Source: a virus (Duplodnaviria > Heunggongvirae > Uroviricota > Caudoviricetes). From it: DNA of 64,000 bases. The notes beneath the pieces were generated by a model, which saw only the letters and a list, made by a program, of their open reading frames with translations, made no database searches and was not told the DNA's origin. Positions 1 to 10,265 of the stretch are shown here, in pieces (positions within the stretch are counted from its first letter, which is position 1; each line of letters begins with the position of its first letter). The stretch is from IMG/VR virus record IMGVR_UViG_3300028549_001428, one strand, 5' to 3'. Position numbers and translations under genes: made by a program.

Positions 1-963
1 GCATATAGATATCTGTTTGTACAACCTCAATGGATTACACAAGCGTCTTCACCATCTGCTGGCAATATAACAACAGCAATACAAACTGAAAGTACACGAA
101 CACCATCCGAATTAAATCTTGATGGATTATCAAGCACTGAAATTATAGCAATTGCAAGAGTCATAATTGTATACACAGCAAATAACTGGTCAATTCGACA
201 AGTTTCCTTATTATCAGGTAATAAATTTTCACAAATTGGATCACCAGCAGGTAATTATTTAACTGTTGTTTCAACTGATTTAACTCTTACTGGTAGTGGA
301 ACTACAGCTAGTCCACTTAAAGTTAACAGAACTATATCACGTGATTGGACTACTAGTTCTCTTATATATGATGACGAAATCGTTGTTGATATAGCAACTA
401 ATTATTTATATAGGGCAACTACTGAATTCACTAGTGACTCAAGTACAATTCAAACTGATATTACAGCAGGTCGTTTAGTTCAAGTGGGTGGTGGTTCATC
501 GTCTGGATCAACTGGTGTAGAAACTATGCAATTAGGAGATGCTAATGCAGCTAATGGTGTATTTGACGGAGCATATGCGTGGATTGGTGGTGTAATTCCA
601 TTATCAAGCGTTACAATAGCAACCATGAAAATGTGGGTTACACAATCAGCCAATGGAACATTAACATTAGGTATTTATGATAGCTCATTTGCAAAAGTAG
701 CAGAAACTGCAACAATCACTAATCCAACAACAGGTTTGGTCAGTGGAACCCTAAGTGCATCATACACATTAAATGCAGGGACTTTATATTATTTTGGTAT
801 AAGTGGTTCTATAAATGGATTATCCGTTCTTGGCTCAACTGGCTTATTCTCGTCTAACACGCCATATATAGCAAAAGAAGATTTGAATGCATCATCACTA
901 CCAACAACTTTTTCTGGTGGGTCTAGTACGGGTCGTAGATTTTGGATTGGAGCCTACGCATAA
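1..963 (+). CDS. Tail fibre/virion structural protein, 5'-truncated by the window edge
   Basis: Frame appears open from base 1 (AYRYLFVQPQW...) into ORF 484..963; Ser/Thr/Gly-rich beta composition; next to a collagen/C1q gene. Confidence 0.5.
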   Translation, partial: AYRYLFVQPQWITQASSPSAGNITTAIQTESTRTPSELNLDGLSSTEIIAIARVIIVYTANNWSIRQVSLLSGNKFSQIGSPAGNYLTVVSTDLTLTGSGTTASPLKVNRTISRDWTTSSLIYDDEIVVDIATNYLYRATTEFTSDSSTIQTDITAGRLVQVGGGSSSGSTGVETMQLGDANAANGVFDGAYAWIGGVIPLSSVTIATMKMWVTQSANGTLTLGIYDSSFAKVAETATITNPTTGLVSGTLSASYTLNAGTLYYFGISGSINGLSVLGSTGLFSSNTPYIAKEDLNASSLPTTFSGGSSTGRRFWIGAYA

Positions 964-976
964 TTGAGGAATTATC

Positions 977-2089
977 ATGATAAAATTTGAAAATACATTT
1001 CCAGCTAAATTAACTAATATAACAGGTAGTACATTGTGCGGAATTACTGCTGGTAATTTCATAGAACTTGACATCGATCATATGAGTGATACTCAAACAT
1101 TTTATAATACATATGCAGAATTAGCATATAATTATATATTGGATGGCAGTCTAGTTGCACGTGACTTATCTAATTCTGTTATATCACCATATATTGCAGG
1201 AACCGCTTTCTTGAATAGTAGAACCAATGTTCAATCTTATGTGACAGGATCTACTTATTATATTACTACCGATAATGCACATATAGGATATCAAGGCCCG
1301 CAGGGTTCGCAGGGAGACACGGGTGTTGCACCGATAGGTCAGTTACCTGGATTTTTAGCACAATTAAGTAGTAATCATAACGCAACTGATTCGGCATATA
1401 CAAAAGTATTATTAAATTCAGTTGATTATGATACTAATGGTTGGTTTGCTAATTCTAGATTCACACCACAGCAAGCTGGTTGGTATCTGGTTGGTGGTGC
1501 AATAACAATAATTAATATAAGTGATGGTAAAAAAGTAATAGCAGTTATATATAAAAACGGTGCTGTTTATGGTATGTTAGGCAGAGGAACTGTAGGTGGA
1601 ACTGATTATGCTGGCTTTTCGGGTTCTATTCCTGTGTACTTTAATGGAACGACTGATTATGTAGAATTATATGGATATCATAACAATGGAACTGATTTAA
1701 ATTTTGCAGGTTCAACAGCACATAATTGTTATATGTGGGCAATAGCATTAGAAGGAATACAAGGCATAGAAGGTAATCAGGGTACACAAGGATCACAAGG
1801 TAATCAGGGGTCACAAGGCAATCAAGGTGAGTCAGTTACGGGATCACAGGGCAATCAAGGATCACAGGGTTCTCAAGGTAATCAAGGTAATCAAGGTAAT
1901 CAAGGATCGCAAGGTAGACAAGGATCACAGGGTTCAACTGGTGCTCAAGGTAATCAAGGCACAACAGGTACACAAGGACCCATCGCAAATGTAACAGGAA
2001 CCAACGAAGTAACTAGTATAGAAGTAGTAAGTGCAATACCAGCAATTGGTGCACGTGTTTCGGGTAGGTTGTATTTCCTTATTGGGTAA
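977..2089 (+). CDS. Collagen-like fibre protein with C1q/TNF-like domain
   Basis: Long G-X-Q triplet run (GNQGSQ...); C1q-like segment 'VDYDTNGWF..SRFTPQQAGWYLV'; GAGGA RBS. Confidence 0.75.
   Translation: MIKFENTFPAKLTNITGSTLCGITAGNFIELDIDHMSDTQTFYNTYAELAYNYILDGSLVARDLSNSVISPYIAGTAFLNSRTNVQSYVTGSTYYITTDNAHIGYQGPQGSQGDTGVAPIGQLPGFLAQLSSNHNATDSAYTKVLLNSVDYDTNGWFANSRFTPQQAGWYLVGGAITIINISDGKKVIAVIYKNGAVYGMLGRGTVGGTDYAGFSGSIPVYFNGTTDYVELYGYHNNGTDLNFAGSTAHNCYMWAIALEGIQGIEGNQGTQGSQGNQGSQGNQGESVTGSQGNQGSQGSQGNQGNQGNQGSQGRQGSQGSTGAQGNQGTTGTQGPIANVTGTNEVTSIEVVSAIPAIGARVSGRLYFLIG
1770..1980 (+). repeat. 9-bp-period collagen-coding repeat (ggtaatcaa/ggatcacag)
   Basis: Tandem GGN-NNN-CAR codons visible in sequence. 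Confidence 0.85.
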
Positions 2090-2092
2090 CTT

Positions 2093-2677
2093 ATGGCAAG
2101 TACAAGTAACATAGCAATTAATTCAATATCGGCAATAGCTGATATTGGTATTAATTCAGTAAATATGATAGAAGCATATCACTGGAATGGAACTGATTTG
2201 AATTTAGTTTGGCAGAAAGGTGGTAGTGCAGAATCATGGGTAACATATAGTGCTGATTATGTATTTTTGGCTGAATATACGCCATCTGCTAACATGGAAG
2301 TAAGTTCATTTAAAATGATACAAAATAAAAATGGCCCTGTATATAATTATTTCTATGGTATATATGTTAAATCAACAAGAGCACCAGTGGCTAATGCTGT
2401 TGCAACTAATAATAGTGGAGTTAGCATCGTTGCTGATGGTACATATTTAGGAGAAAATAAATATATACATACAAAATCATATTCCGCTGGTGCATATCCA
2501 TCATTAACTGCTGGAGTTACTTATTATGTTGGATGTGCTGAACGTTATGCATCATATAAAATATTAAGCGGTTCCAACGTAGCAGTTAATGCACTTGGTT
2601 GGTCAGTTGGTAACAATCCTATACAGCCTGTAGTAGCAGTAGCAACACCAATTTATTTAGAGGTAATAGCAGTATGA
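2093..2677 (+). CDS. Putative tail fibre-associated protein
   Basis: Coupled to the collagen gene; beta-rich composition. Confidence 0.4.
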   Translation: MASTSNIAINSISAIADIGINSVNMIEAYHWNGTDLNLVWQKGGSAESWVTYSADYVFLAEYTPSANMEVSSFKMIQNKNGPVYNYFYGIYVKSTRAPVANAVATNNSGVSIVADGTYLGENKYIHTKSYSAGAYPSLTAGVTYYVGCAERYASYKILSGSNVAVNALGWSVGNNPIQPVVAVATPIYLEVIAV

Positions 2678-3282
2678 TATACTTAGTAAAAAATTCAATG
2701 AATTATATCATTGGTATATTTGAAACAACAACATTAGCAAATGAGTATTTAAGCAGTATAGGAATTACAACATTTGAAGATTTTTCGTATCTAATGAGGA
2801 TTAACGACATGAAATATATAAGTAGAATATGCTTTGTTAATGATACATGCATATATAACAATAAAATATTTTGGACAGAAACGGCACAGAATGTATTAGT
2901 AAATTACAATGCATATACAGTGAAAGATTGTTTTGGTGTTACTATATATAAAGATCAATTTAAAAAAGAATTAGATACTAATTCAATGCGAATCAATGAT
3001 ATATATACAACAGCAGATCAGGTAAATTATAATATGATCATAGGAAACGAATTTATTTCTTTATTTAGAGAAGAATGCGTTAATGGTGACTTAGGACCTC
3101 TTAATGGTTTAGATATAGCAACAAAAACAGCTAATGTAATTCCTCTTGTCATGACAGGTTCATTTAAAGAAGCTGCGTATGTATTAGCACATATAACACC
3201 CGATGTTTTTCTAACAACTGACTTATTAACAAAGTACACAAATATGTTATTATCAGCAGATGTTATAACCTACCAACGTTAG
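2674..3282 (+). CDS. Hypothetical protein (possible fibre assembly chaperone)
   Basis: ATGA overlap with the upstream gene; position after fibre genes. Confidence 0.35.
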   Translation: MIYLVKNSMNYIIGIFETTTLANEYLSSIGITTFEDFSYLMRINDMKYISRICFVNDTCIYNNKIFWTETAQNVLVNYNAYTVKDCFGVTIYKDQFKKELDTNSMRINDIYTTADQVNYNMIIGNEFISLFREECVNGDLGPLNGLDIATKTANVIPLVMTGSFKEAAYVLAHITPDVFLTTDLLTKYTNMLLSADVITYQR

Positions 3283-3284
3283 GG

Positions 3285-3761
3285 GTGATTTTCATGAATA
3301 TACATATAGTACTAATAATGGGTAAGTTAGAATATAAAGGTACTGGGATTATATCTTCATTTAATGGACTAGAACTTGTCGAATTAACTAATGATATACA
3401 TTATGTATTTAAATATAACAACAGAAATGAAATGTTCACAATTACTGTACCCAAGGGATTTGTAACTGACTTTGGAACAGTTCCTAAATGGGCACAATGC
3501 ATAATCAATCCACAAGGCAAAGGAACATTAGCTTATATTTTACATGATTGGCTTTGTATAACGAACATGTATCCACGAAAAAAAGCCGATAAGATATTAT
3601 TTGAAACATTAGATTATTGTGGCGTTGATTACAATCGACGCTTAATTACATATGTAGCAGTTAGATTTTATGCAGTGATTATAGATAGATTATTAGATGA
3701 TCATATAGTATCAGCTATGGATACATTAAACAATGTACTTAAAACAAAAAAGACCGATTAA
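3285..3761 (+). CDS. DUF1353 family protein
   Basis: Motifs 'VPKGFVTDFGTVP' and 'AYILHDWLC...RKKADKIL'. Confidence 0.75.
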   Translation: MIFMNIHIVLIMGKLEYKGTGIISSFNGLELVELTNDIHYVFKYNNRNEMFTITVPKGFVTDFGTVPKWAQCIINPQGKGTLAYILHDWLCITNMYPRKKADKILFETLDYCGVDYNRRLITYVAVRFYAVIIDRLLDDHIVSAMDTLNNVLKTKKTD

Positions 3762-3776
3762 TCGGTCTTTTTTTTA
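3747..3776. terminator. Bidirectional intrinsic terminator
   Basis: aaaaaagaccga-ttaa-tcggtcttttttt between convergent genes. Confidence 0.8.
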
Positions 3777-4256
3777 TATCTTTATTTGTTTTTCGTAATC
3801 TTTTTGTGTTATTGGTTTATTTCCAACTGCGGTTGCTGTATTATTGAGTGTCCATCCCTGATCTTTGAATGCATTCAATACTTTTTCTACAGTTAATTCA
3901 GTCTTCTTTTCAACCTCTTTAGCTACGTCTTCTTTTCCTTTATCATCAAATCTATCATTAAAATCATATTCCATACGATTATAATTTCTAGTATGTTCAC
4001 GACCAGGAGTTCCGTACATAGGATCTTCTGGTTCGAACTTGTTTTGAATCTTAGCTAATTTATTAAAATCATGATTATGGAATTGTTTATAGGCTCTTTC
4101 TAGGAATTCATCACTTTCTTCCCCTACATCACCTATTCTTGGTAAATTTCTCTGCACGTCAGCAAAGAAATCTCTATACTCATGTTTTACATTAAAGTTT
4201 GCTTGACCATTTAACATTGTTGACGGAATGCTACTACTACCCATAATTAAATCCAC
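3774..4256 (-). CDS. Hypothetical protein (late)
   Basis: ORF with a TATAAACT motif upstream. Confidence 0.55.
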   Translation of the reverse strand: MDLIMGSSSIPSTMLNGQANFNVKHEYRDFFADVQRNLPRIGDVGEESDEFLERAYKQFHNHDFNKLAKIQNKFEPEDPMYGTPGREHTRNYNRMEYDFNDRFDDKGKEDVAKEVEKKTELTVEKVLNAFKDQGWTLNNTATAVGNKPITQKDYEKQIKI

Positions 4257-4288
4257 ATTTTATTTATACTATAAGTTTATATAAAATG

Positions 4289-4864
4289 CTATTTCATTTT
4301 TTCTAGCAACGAAACGTATGCATCCAATGCCTTTATTATAGGGGCAGCTGTTGCGCCTAGCTTATTTACATATTCCTTTTTTGACTCAGGTATCCATGCA
4401 TTTATATTACGCAAGGCTTCTAATGTCTTTCTCATATGTATAATTGTTATATCAATAGGTGGTCTTTGCTGTTGCTGGACTGTTTGTTGCATTGTTGGTG
4501 CATTGGATGGTCTTCCTTGATTCGGAGTCTTCTCAGTGCCTATTATATTACCTAATTGGGATAATACATTATTCATCTCATTCAATTTACTTCCGGCATT
4601 GGAATAATCAGGTTCTTTTCTAATAGAATTAATACTTTCTTGAATTACTTGTTTTGGATTCGCTTGTTGAGCTGGTTTATATTTTTGTATATTAGCCATA
4701 TCAACGAAACTATTACCAAGACTTGAATTGATAGCAGGCGTATATTCTTTACCACCTAATATCTCATCTAAATCAATATCATCATAATTATCAGGCATAG
4801 CTACTGACATCTGCTCAACTTCAACTATTTTTTCGGGACGTTTATTTTGCATAATTACCTTCAT
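4289..4864 (-). CDS. Hypothetical protein (late)
   Basis: ORF downstream of the capsid gene; TATAAACC upstream. Confidence 0.55.
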   Translation of the reverse strand: MKVIMQNKRPEKIVEVEQMSVAMPDNYDDIDLDEILGGKEYTPAINSSLGNSFVDMANIQKYKPAQQANPKQVIQESINSIRKEPDYSNAGSKLNEMNNVLSQLGNIIGTEKTPNQGRPSNAPTMQQTVQQQQRPPIDITIIHMRKTLEALRNINAWIPESKKEYVNKLGATAAPIIKALDAYVSLLEKMK

Positions 4865-4902
4865 TTATTATAGGTTTATATATAACATATATTTTTTCCA
4901 AT

Positions 4903-4934
4903 AAAAAAGAGCACTGAGTTTCCTCAGTGCTCTT
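4903..4934 (-). terminator. Intrinsic terminator after major capsid gene
   Basis: aagagcactgag...ctcagtgctctt hairpin followed by a U-run on the minus strand. Confidence 0.8.
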
Positions 4935-4958
4935 ACTAACTTATATTACTGTAGTTGA

Positions 4959-6350
4959 TTAGACTTCAGCAGTGTCACCTTCGTACACACCACCTAGACC
5001 AGCTTCGCCATCATAAGATGCGCCAGACTGTTCCCAAGGATATGCAGATGTATTGCTAGAATCAATACCAAGGATTGCATAGTTGATGTTCTTGAAGTTA
5101 ATTAGACGATAGAATTGTCCGGCACCTAATAGGTTCGCAACAATAGCATATCTTGATTTAACTATCAAACGTGGAGAACCATCTTCCTGACCAGCAGTTT
5201 TTGTGAAGATATATGGGATATATGGCATAAATATGATACCCGATTCACCCTGACGTGCGCCCTTATAACCAACTAGAGCATAGGATTCTTCGGCATAGAT
5301 ATCACGGTAAACCTTGATTCCACCACCGATTAAAGAACCTGCTTCAGCAACACCGCCAGAAGGCTGCATGTTCATCTTACCATCAAGGTAAGCAGCTGGA
5401 GTATAGATACCATTGTTTAGAGTAGAGATAGCAGCAACAACATCAGGAGATGCGATTACCCAGTTACCAGAACCCATACGTGAAGTTACAGCGATCTTCT
5501 GAGCCACAGCGATAATTGTGTTAACAATACCACCAGCGATTCTTTCAGCAGCCCAACGACCGTCCATTGCCTTAGATGTAGTTGATGCAAGATCAACTTC
5601 TAGAGCAGCCTCACCACCCAATCCTCTTGCAGTAGCAGCGAATTTCAATGAAGCTAGGATTTCTCTATCGATTTCCTGTTGGATTTCGAACTGTAGAGCT
5701 TCGAGCAATAATGCTTCGATGTCCTGACCATGAACAGCAGCTAAGTCCTGTTGTAGTTCAAGAGTGTAATGTGATTTAATGGCACGAGTACCAACGATAA
5801 CAGAACCCTTAATAACTTTGATAGATGCTCTCTTAATCATGTTACCTGGAGTAGTTGTACCATCATTCATGTAGTTATTAACAGTTGATCCATTTCCTTC
5901 TTGGTAGTTAGAAAGGAATTCGCCTTCAGAAGTTGACCAAGGAGTACCATTACCTGGCTGTTTACCAGTGTGGTCGGTATCAAGATCGAAACCGATTTCT
6001 TTCTTCTGACCCTTACGGAAATCAGTGGTCTTAGTTGTGCCTTCGTACAAATAACGTAGAGCAAAATAGATACCCTGTGGAGTTGTGGTAGGAATAACTG
6101 CGATAGTATTCATAGCCAACAATTCTGGGAACTGTCTACGGATTAGAGGAAGTGCATACTGCTGATAAACTTCAACGTCTGCGGTGACGTTAGCAGATTC
6201 TGCTAGGAAGCCCTTGTTTAGCTTAACTTGGTTTTCCAATAGAGTAGCGAGGATTGATGCCTCGGTCTGACTTCTAATTGGTGATCCAATATTACTTTCA
6301 AGAACTGGTGCCCATTTCTGGACTAAACTTTTTTTCATTGTTGTTGGCAT
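4959..6350 (-). CDS. gp23: Major capsid protein, T4 gp23-like
   Basis: 'LVQKWAPVLE', 'LLENQ', 'YTLELQQDLAAVHGQD', 'EIDREI', 'VGYKG', 'PYIP', 'KSRY' motifs. Confidence 0.95.
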   Translation of the reverse strand: MPTTMKKSLVQKWAPVLESNIGSPIRSQTEASILATLLENQVKLNKGFLAESANVTADVEVYQQYALPLIRRQFPELLAMNTIAVIPTTTPQGIYFALRYLYEGTTKTTDFRKGQKKEIGFDLDTDHTGKQPGNGTPWSTSEGEFLSNYQEGNGSTVNNYMNDGTTTPGNMIKRASIKVIKGSVIVGTRAIKSHYTLELQQDLAAVHGQDIEALLLEALQFEIQQEIDREILASLKFAATARGLGGEAALEVDLASTTSKAMDGRWAAERIAGGIVNTIIAVAQKIAVTSRMGSGNWVIASPDVVAAISTLNNGIYTPAAYLDGKMNMQPSGGVAEAGSLIGGGIKVYRDIYAEESYALVGYKGARQGESGIIFMPYIPYIFTKTAGQEDGSPRLIVKSRYAIVANLLGAGQFYRLINFKNINYAILGIDSSNTSAYPWEQSGASYDGEAGLGGVYEGDTAEV

Positions 6351-6490
6351 ATTAAGTTACCTTAAATTACGGTCGTGATATGTTTTGACCTATTCAATAT
6401 TTGTTTATAAATAAAGAAAAATTATTTTTTAATTTGGTTCTATAATATGCATTGAAATCAAAAAATACTGTGTATATCGTTATGTAATAT

Positions 6491-6520
6491 AAAAAGACCC
6501 TCAATATTGAGGGTCTTTTT
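6491..6520 (-). terminator. Intrinsic terminator between gp22 and gp23
   Basis: aaaaagaccctcaa/ttgagggtcttttt inverted repeat. Confidence 0.7.
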
Positions 6521-6521
6521 G

Positions 6522-7385
6522 TTATCCGAATTGGTTGAATCCAAGTCCTCGATAATTAGTAATCATTGTTAATGTTTCTCGTGTATCTTTTTCCATTGAG
6601 GTTAATTCCTCAGTAACAGATTCGGATAACATTTCTTTACTGATATTAGGAGTAAACAAAGCCTTCTGTTGCTTTAATCCTTTACCTAGACTTTCAAACT
6701 TTGGTTTTGATTCAGAGTAAGGTGATCCAGTTGATCCACTAATCTCACTATTCAAATCATCCAACGCATCTTTAACCTGATCCAAATCAATTTCACCATT
6801 GAATTTATCAGATTCTGCATTATCGCTAAATAATTCTGAATGATCACCATCTAAGAATGATGCTATAGTATCTTTATCAATTTCTCTAATATCTTTATTT
6901 TTAAAGAATTCAACCGCAGCATCTACTACTTCTGGACGCATGCCTTTAGTTTCTTTCATAATCATAACAAGTTTTAATTGATCGTTGTACATATCTTTAA
7001 CAGCCTGTACTTCATTATATGCGCTTTGTAATTTCTTACCAGCATCTTTCAATTGAACCTGTAATTGCTTAGTTGCATCAGTAGTTGGTATACCAGCATC
7101 TTCCAGTAGATTTACCATGTCTTTCACAATTCCATAAAATTTTTGTGTCACCATTTCAGATGCGTTTCCCTTGACACTCTCGATAATAACATTATTTACT
7201 TTATTATCGAATTTGACAGACAAACTTTCTACAAGTGCATCAAATTTCTTTGAATTCTCTTTTTCAATGATCTCAATTCTTTTATCAATTGATTCATTTA
7301 TTGATTTTTCGACTGAGCTAATAGTTGTACTAGGCAACGAATTTATTTCAGTTGAGCTAAGTATATCTTTAAGTTGTATTGCCAT
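6522..7385 (-). CDS. gp22: Prohead core scaffold, gp22-like
   Basis: Synteny between protease and capsid; coiled-coil; repeated xxES motifs. Confidence 0.7.
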   Translation of the reverse strand: MAIQLKDILSSTEINSLPSTTISSVEKSINESIDKRIEIIEKENSKKFDALVESLSVKFDNKVNNVIIESVKGNASEMVTQKFYGIVKDMVNLLEDAGIPTTDATKQLQVQLKDAGKKLQSAYNEVQAVKDMYNDQLKLVMIMKETKGMRPEVVDAAVEFFKNKDIREIDKDTIASFLDGDHSELFSDNAESDKFNGEIDLDQVKDALDDLNSEISGSTGSPYSESKPKFESLGKGLKQQKALFTPNISKEMLSESVTEELTSMEKDTRETLTMITNYRGLGFNQFG

Positions 7386-7394
7386 AATAATTCC

Positions 7395-8144
7395 TTAACC
7401 TATAAATAAATTTTTATATTTGATTAGTGCACTTTCCAATGCTATTCTATCATATTTGTTATAACCAACTTTCAAGTCACGATTTTTCATGAACTCTACT
7501 CTACCCATTTCAATGCTTTCTGTTAGAATTTTCATATTAACAGGTTTAATGCTTTCAAATTTATGGTTTATTAATGCTTTATTATCAAATGAAGGATTTC
7601 CTACAACATCAACTGTTATAAAACGATAATCCCTGTCTACTTCATAAAAACCACGCCCAGTTTCAACAACAGAACCAGCACCACGCAATGAATAACCAGG
7701 TACATATCCAATCTTTAATAGACCTGCTAAATTTCTACCTGCATCAGTTTCTTCAGCAACTATCATTTTACAGAATAAATTATTACCCTTAAAATAAAGT
7801 TCTTCAACTCTTGCACAAGTCTTCATTAAATTCATTTCAAATACTGAATAGTCTTTTCCATCACCATCAGGTGTTAAACGTGGGTGATTTAATTCAGCAG
7901 CCAAACGACCATATGGAATCATATCTTTATTTAATCTAGCAACTTCAGCTTCTAAGATCTTTTTAGGATATGCTCTACCATTTATACCAGGGACATCACA
8001 TACGATAGCTGTACCGAATATCTTTAAAAATTTCTTTTTAGTACCCGTAATGTCAATACCTTCTTCTATTAGAACCTTGGTATCATCAAAACACGGTGAA
8101 CTAATCATATCTTCATCATAAATCTTACGCATGGCTATCTCCAT
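7395..8144 (-). CDS. gp21: Prohead protease, gp21-like
   Basis: 'NGRAYP', 'ELNHP', 'GYSLRGAGS', 'TVDVVGNPS'. Confidence 0.93.
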   Translation of the reverse strand: MEIAMRKIYDEDMISSPCFDDTKVLIEEGIDITGTKKKFLKIFGTAIVCDVPGINGRAYPKKILEAEVARLNKDMIPYGRLAAELNHPRLTPDGDGKDYSVFEMNLMKTCARVEELYFKGNNLFCKMIVAEETDAGRNLAGLLKIGYVPGYSLRGAGSVVETGRGFYEVDRDYRFITVDVVGNPSFDNKALINHKFESIKPVNMKILTESIEMGRVEFMKNRDLKVGYNKYDRIALESALIKYKNLFIG

Positions 8145-8295
8145 TGAAACTTTCAGTAATTATTGTCATAATATCTTTCTCTTTTTCGGTAATAATACTT
8201 TCAGACAATTCTCTAACTATCTTATCAACTCGCTGATTATCATCAGCAAGAAGACCGCTAATTAACGCTTTGATTTGTTTTTGTGTATTATTCAT
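8125..8295 (-). CDS. Small prohead core protein (gp67/gp68 position), 56 aa, not in the ORF track
   Basis: Hand translation MNNTQKQIKALISGLLADDNQRVDKIVRELSESIITEKEKDIMTIITESFNGDSHA; between portal and protease; TATAAACT upstream. Confidence 0.6.
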   Translation of the reverse strand: MNNTQKQIKALISGLLADDNQRVDKIVRELSESIITEKEKDIMTIITESFNGDSHA

Positions 8296-8324
8296 AATAT
8301 GAGTTTATATATTTATTAATTTTA

Positions 8325-9962
8325 TTAATTACTGCTTTCTTCGGTTTCAGCCTCTTCTGCCTTCAATTGTTCTTTTATGTCAGTGATTTCAGCATCTGAT
8401 AGCTTCAATCCTTTACGAAGTGCAAATGCAATAGATATAACACCACCTGGATTATCTTCAGTTCTAACATGAGCCATATAACCTTCGAATGCTTCTAGAT
8501 TAATTTTAGTTATCTCAGCATCAATGTAATTCTGGAATGCATTAGCTTTATTAAATTGTATACCAAAATTTTCTTGTAATTTTATATCGTCTGATATATC
8601 ATTCTTGGTATTCAATACCATTACAAATAATCTGGTTAATATATGTTCTAAAGGCATTTGATAACGCTGAACCATTCTAGCAAATGCAACTTCAGCCTGT
8701 GTAACTTCACCAATTTTACCAGAAGTATAGCTTTCACCATCACCAGCCAATGCAGTTACACGACCAGGTGGGACTTTCATAGCATTAACTAGGTTTCGTT
8801 TGAAGTATTTCAAATCTTCAATATTACCTATATTATCGCCACCCTTCAGTCTATCAATGGATGATCCATTACTCTGACTAGATGTTGATATGAAAAAGTG
8901 TTCAGATAATCCAATAACACGGCCATTGTTAGTTATTTCACCTGTTGATGTATTATAATCAACTTTACGTGAGAATATCTTAGCCTGATCTTTCATGAAC
9001 TTTTCAGCCTTTGGTTTAGGCATCATACCAGTATCAATTTTAAATACTAATTTTTCACTACCCCATTGTATACGATACATTGTAATAGAGTCTTCAATTG
9101 TATTTAATTGATTAAATGGTTTAATTGCAGCTTCTAATGGCGATCTTGGATCATTAATACCGCCTGGACCATACATACCCAAATCAGCATATAAAATCTG
9201 GTTTGGTGAGAAATCAATGTAATTCTTACCAGCAGTTTTTGAATTTACGGTATATGTACCTTCTAGCATTTGTCTATAACCTATAACTAGGTTATCCTGT
9301 ACGATCAATATCATATTTTGAGCAGGTAGAAGATTAACACCTACTATCTCATTTTTCTTTTCACTATACACAACTTCTAAGAATATTCTACCTTCAACCA
9401 ACATGGTACGCATTAACTGCCAACCTTCTTTGTCAAAGTTAAGAATGCGTTTTAATACTTCTCTTCTAAAAATTTTATGTAATTTTACTTGTACTGCATG
9501 ACCTATTTCGGCATCTGGATCTACTTTGAGTGAACATATTTCACCCAAGTCATCTTTATAAATACCTTCATCACATATTTGGTCAAGTGCTTCACCAACT
9601 TCTGATCTACCAGCTACCCTATAATATTTAAGTACTCGTTCTTTATTCTTTTTCCAATATAGATGAACCTGATTTTCTGCAATTACATCTTGCATTCTAG
9701 CAGGGTCAACATTTGGCGAATATACACCCAACGTTGGTGCAAATGAACTAAACCCATCAGGAGACAATCCGTTTGGATAAGTTAATTGTTTTTTACCTTG
9801 ACCTACAATATTTCGAGATACATCTAAATCTCGTTCTACTTCATCACGGTTAAATATTCTATCGAATACAGGTCCTTTTTGGTTTGCTAACCCATAATCT
9901 CTAGAACGAGATAATATTCTCGTTGCGATTGTATCTTGTTCTTTTCGTGGCTCTATCAACAT
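8325..9962 (-). CDS. gp20: Portal protein, gp20-like
   Basis: 'AIKPFNQLNTIEDSITMYRI', 'VFKIDTGMMPKPKAE', 'IEDLKYF', 'VPPGR'. Confidence 0.95.
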   Translation of the reverse strand: MLIEPRKEQDTIATRILSRSRDYGLANQKGPVFDRIFNRDEVERDLDVSRNIVGQGKKQLTYPNGLSPDGFSSFAPTLGVYSPNVDPARMQDVIAENQVHLYWKKNKERVLKYYRVAGRSEVGEALDQICDEGIYKDDLGEICSLKVDPDAEIGHAVQVKLHKIFRREVLKRILNFDKEGWQLMRTMLVEGRIFLEVVYSEKKNEIVGVNLLPAQNMILIVQDNLVIGYRQMLEGTYTVNSKTAGKNYIDFSPNQILYADLGMYGPGGINDPRSPLEAAIKPFNQLNTIEDSITMYRIQWGSEKLVFKIDTGMMPKPKAEKFMKDQAKIFSRKVDYNTSTGEITNNGRVIGLSEHFFISTSSQSNGSSIDRLKGGDNIGNIEDLKYFKRNLVNAMKVPPGRVTALAGDGESYTSGKIGEVTQAEVAFARMVQRYQMPLEHILTRLFVMVLNTKNDISDDIKLQENFGIQFNKANAFQNYIDAEITKINLEAFEGYMAHVRTEDNPGGVISIAFALRKGLKLSDAEITDIKEQLKAEEAETEESSN

Positions 9963-10034
9963 ATTAATTAAACCTTAATTAACTATAAAAATAGTTTATT
10001 TTGTTATTGTAAAGGAAGTTTATAATTAATATGA

Positions 10035-10265
10035 TTAAAAATTACCTTTATTGCTTTTTTTACGCAAATCCAGTATCACACCTTCATAACATATACCAAA
10101 GTCATTTGTTCTTGACTTCTTAAAATGATCCTGTAAATCACTTCTATTTATATTCTTACTAAGTACACGCTTATCATGTTCAAGTGATTCATAGAACACA
10201 TAGAAGTCAGAAAACCCAACATTAAATATTGGAATTCCATTATATGTAAAATCACCCAGCATCAC
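10035..10265 (-). CDS. Hypothetical protein
   Basis: ORF overlapping the upstream gene. Confidence 0.45.
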   Translation of the reverse strand: MMLGDFTYNGIPIFNVGFSDFYVFYESLEHDKRVLSKNINRSDLQDHFKKSRTNDFGICYEGVILDLRKKSNKGNF

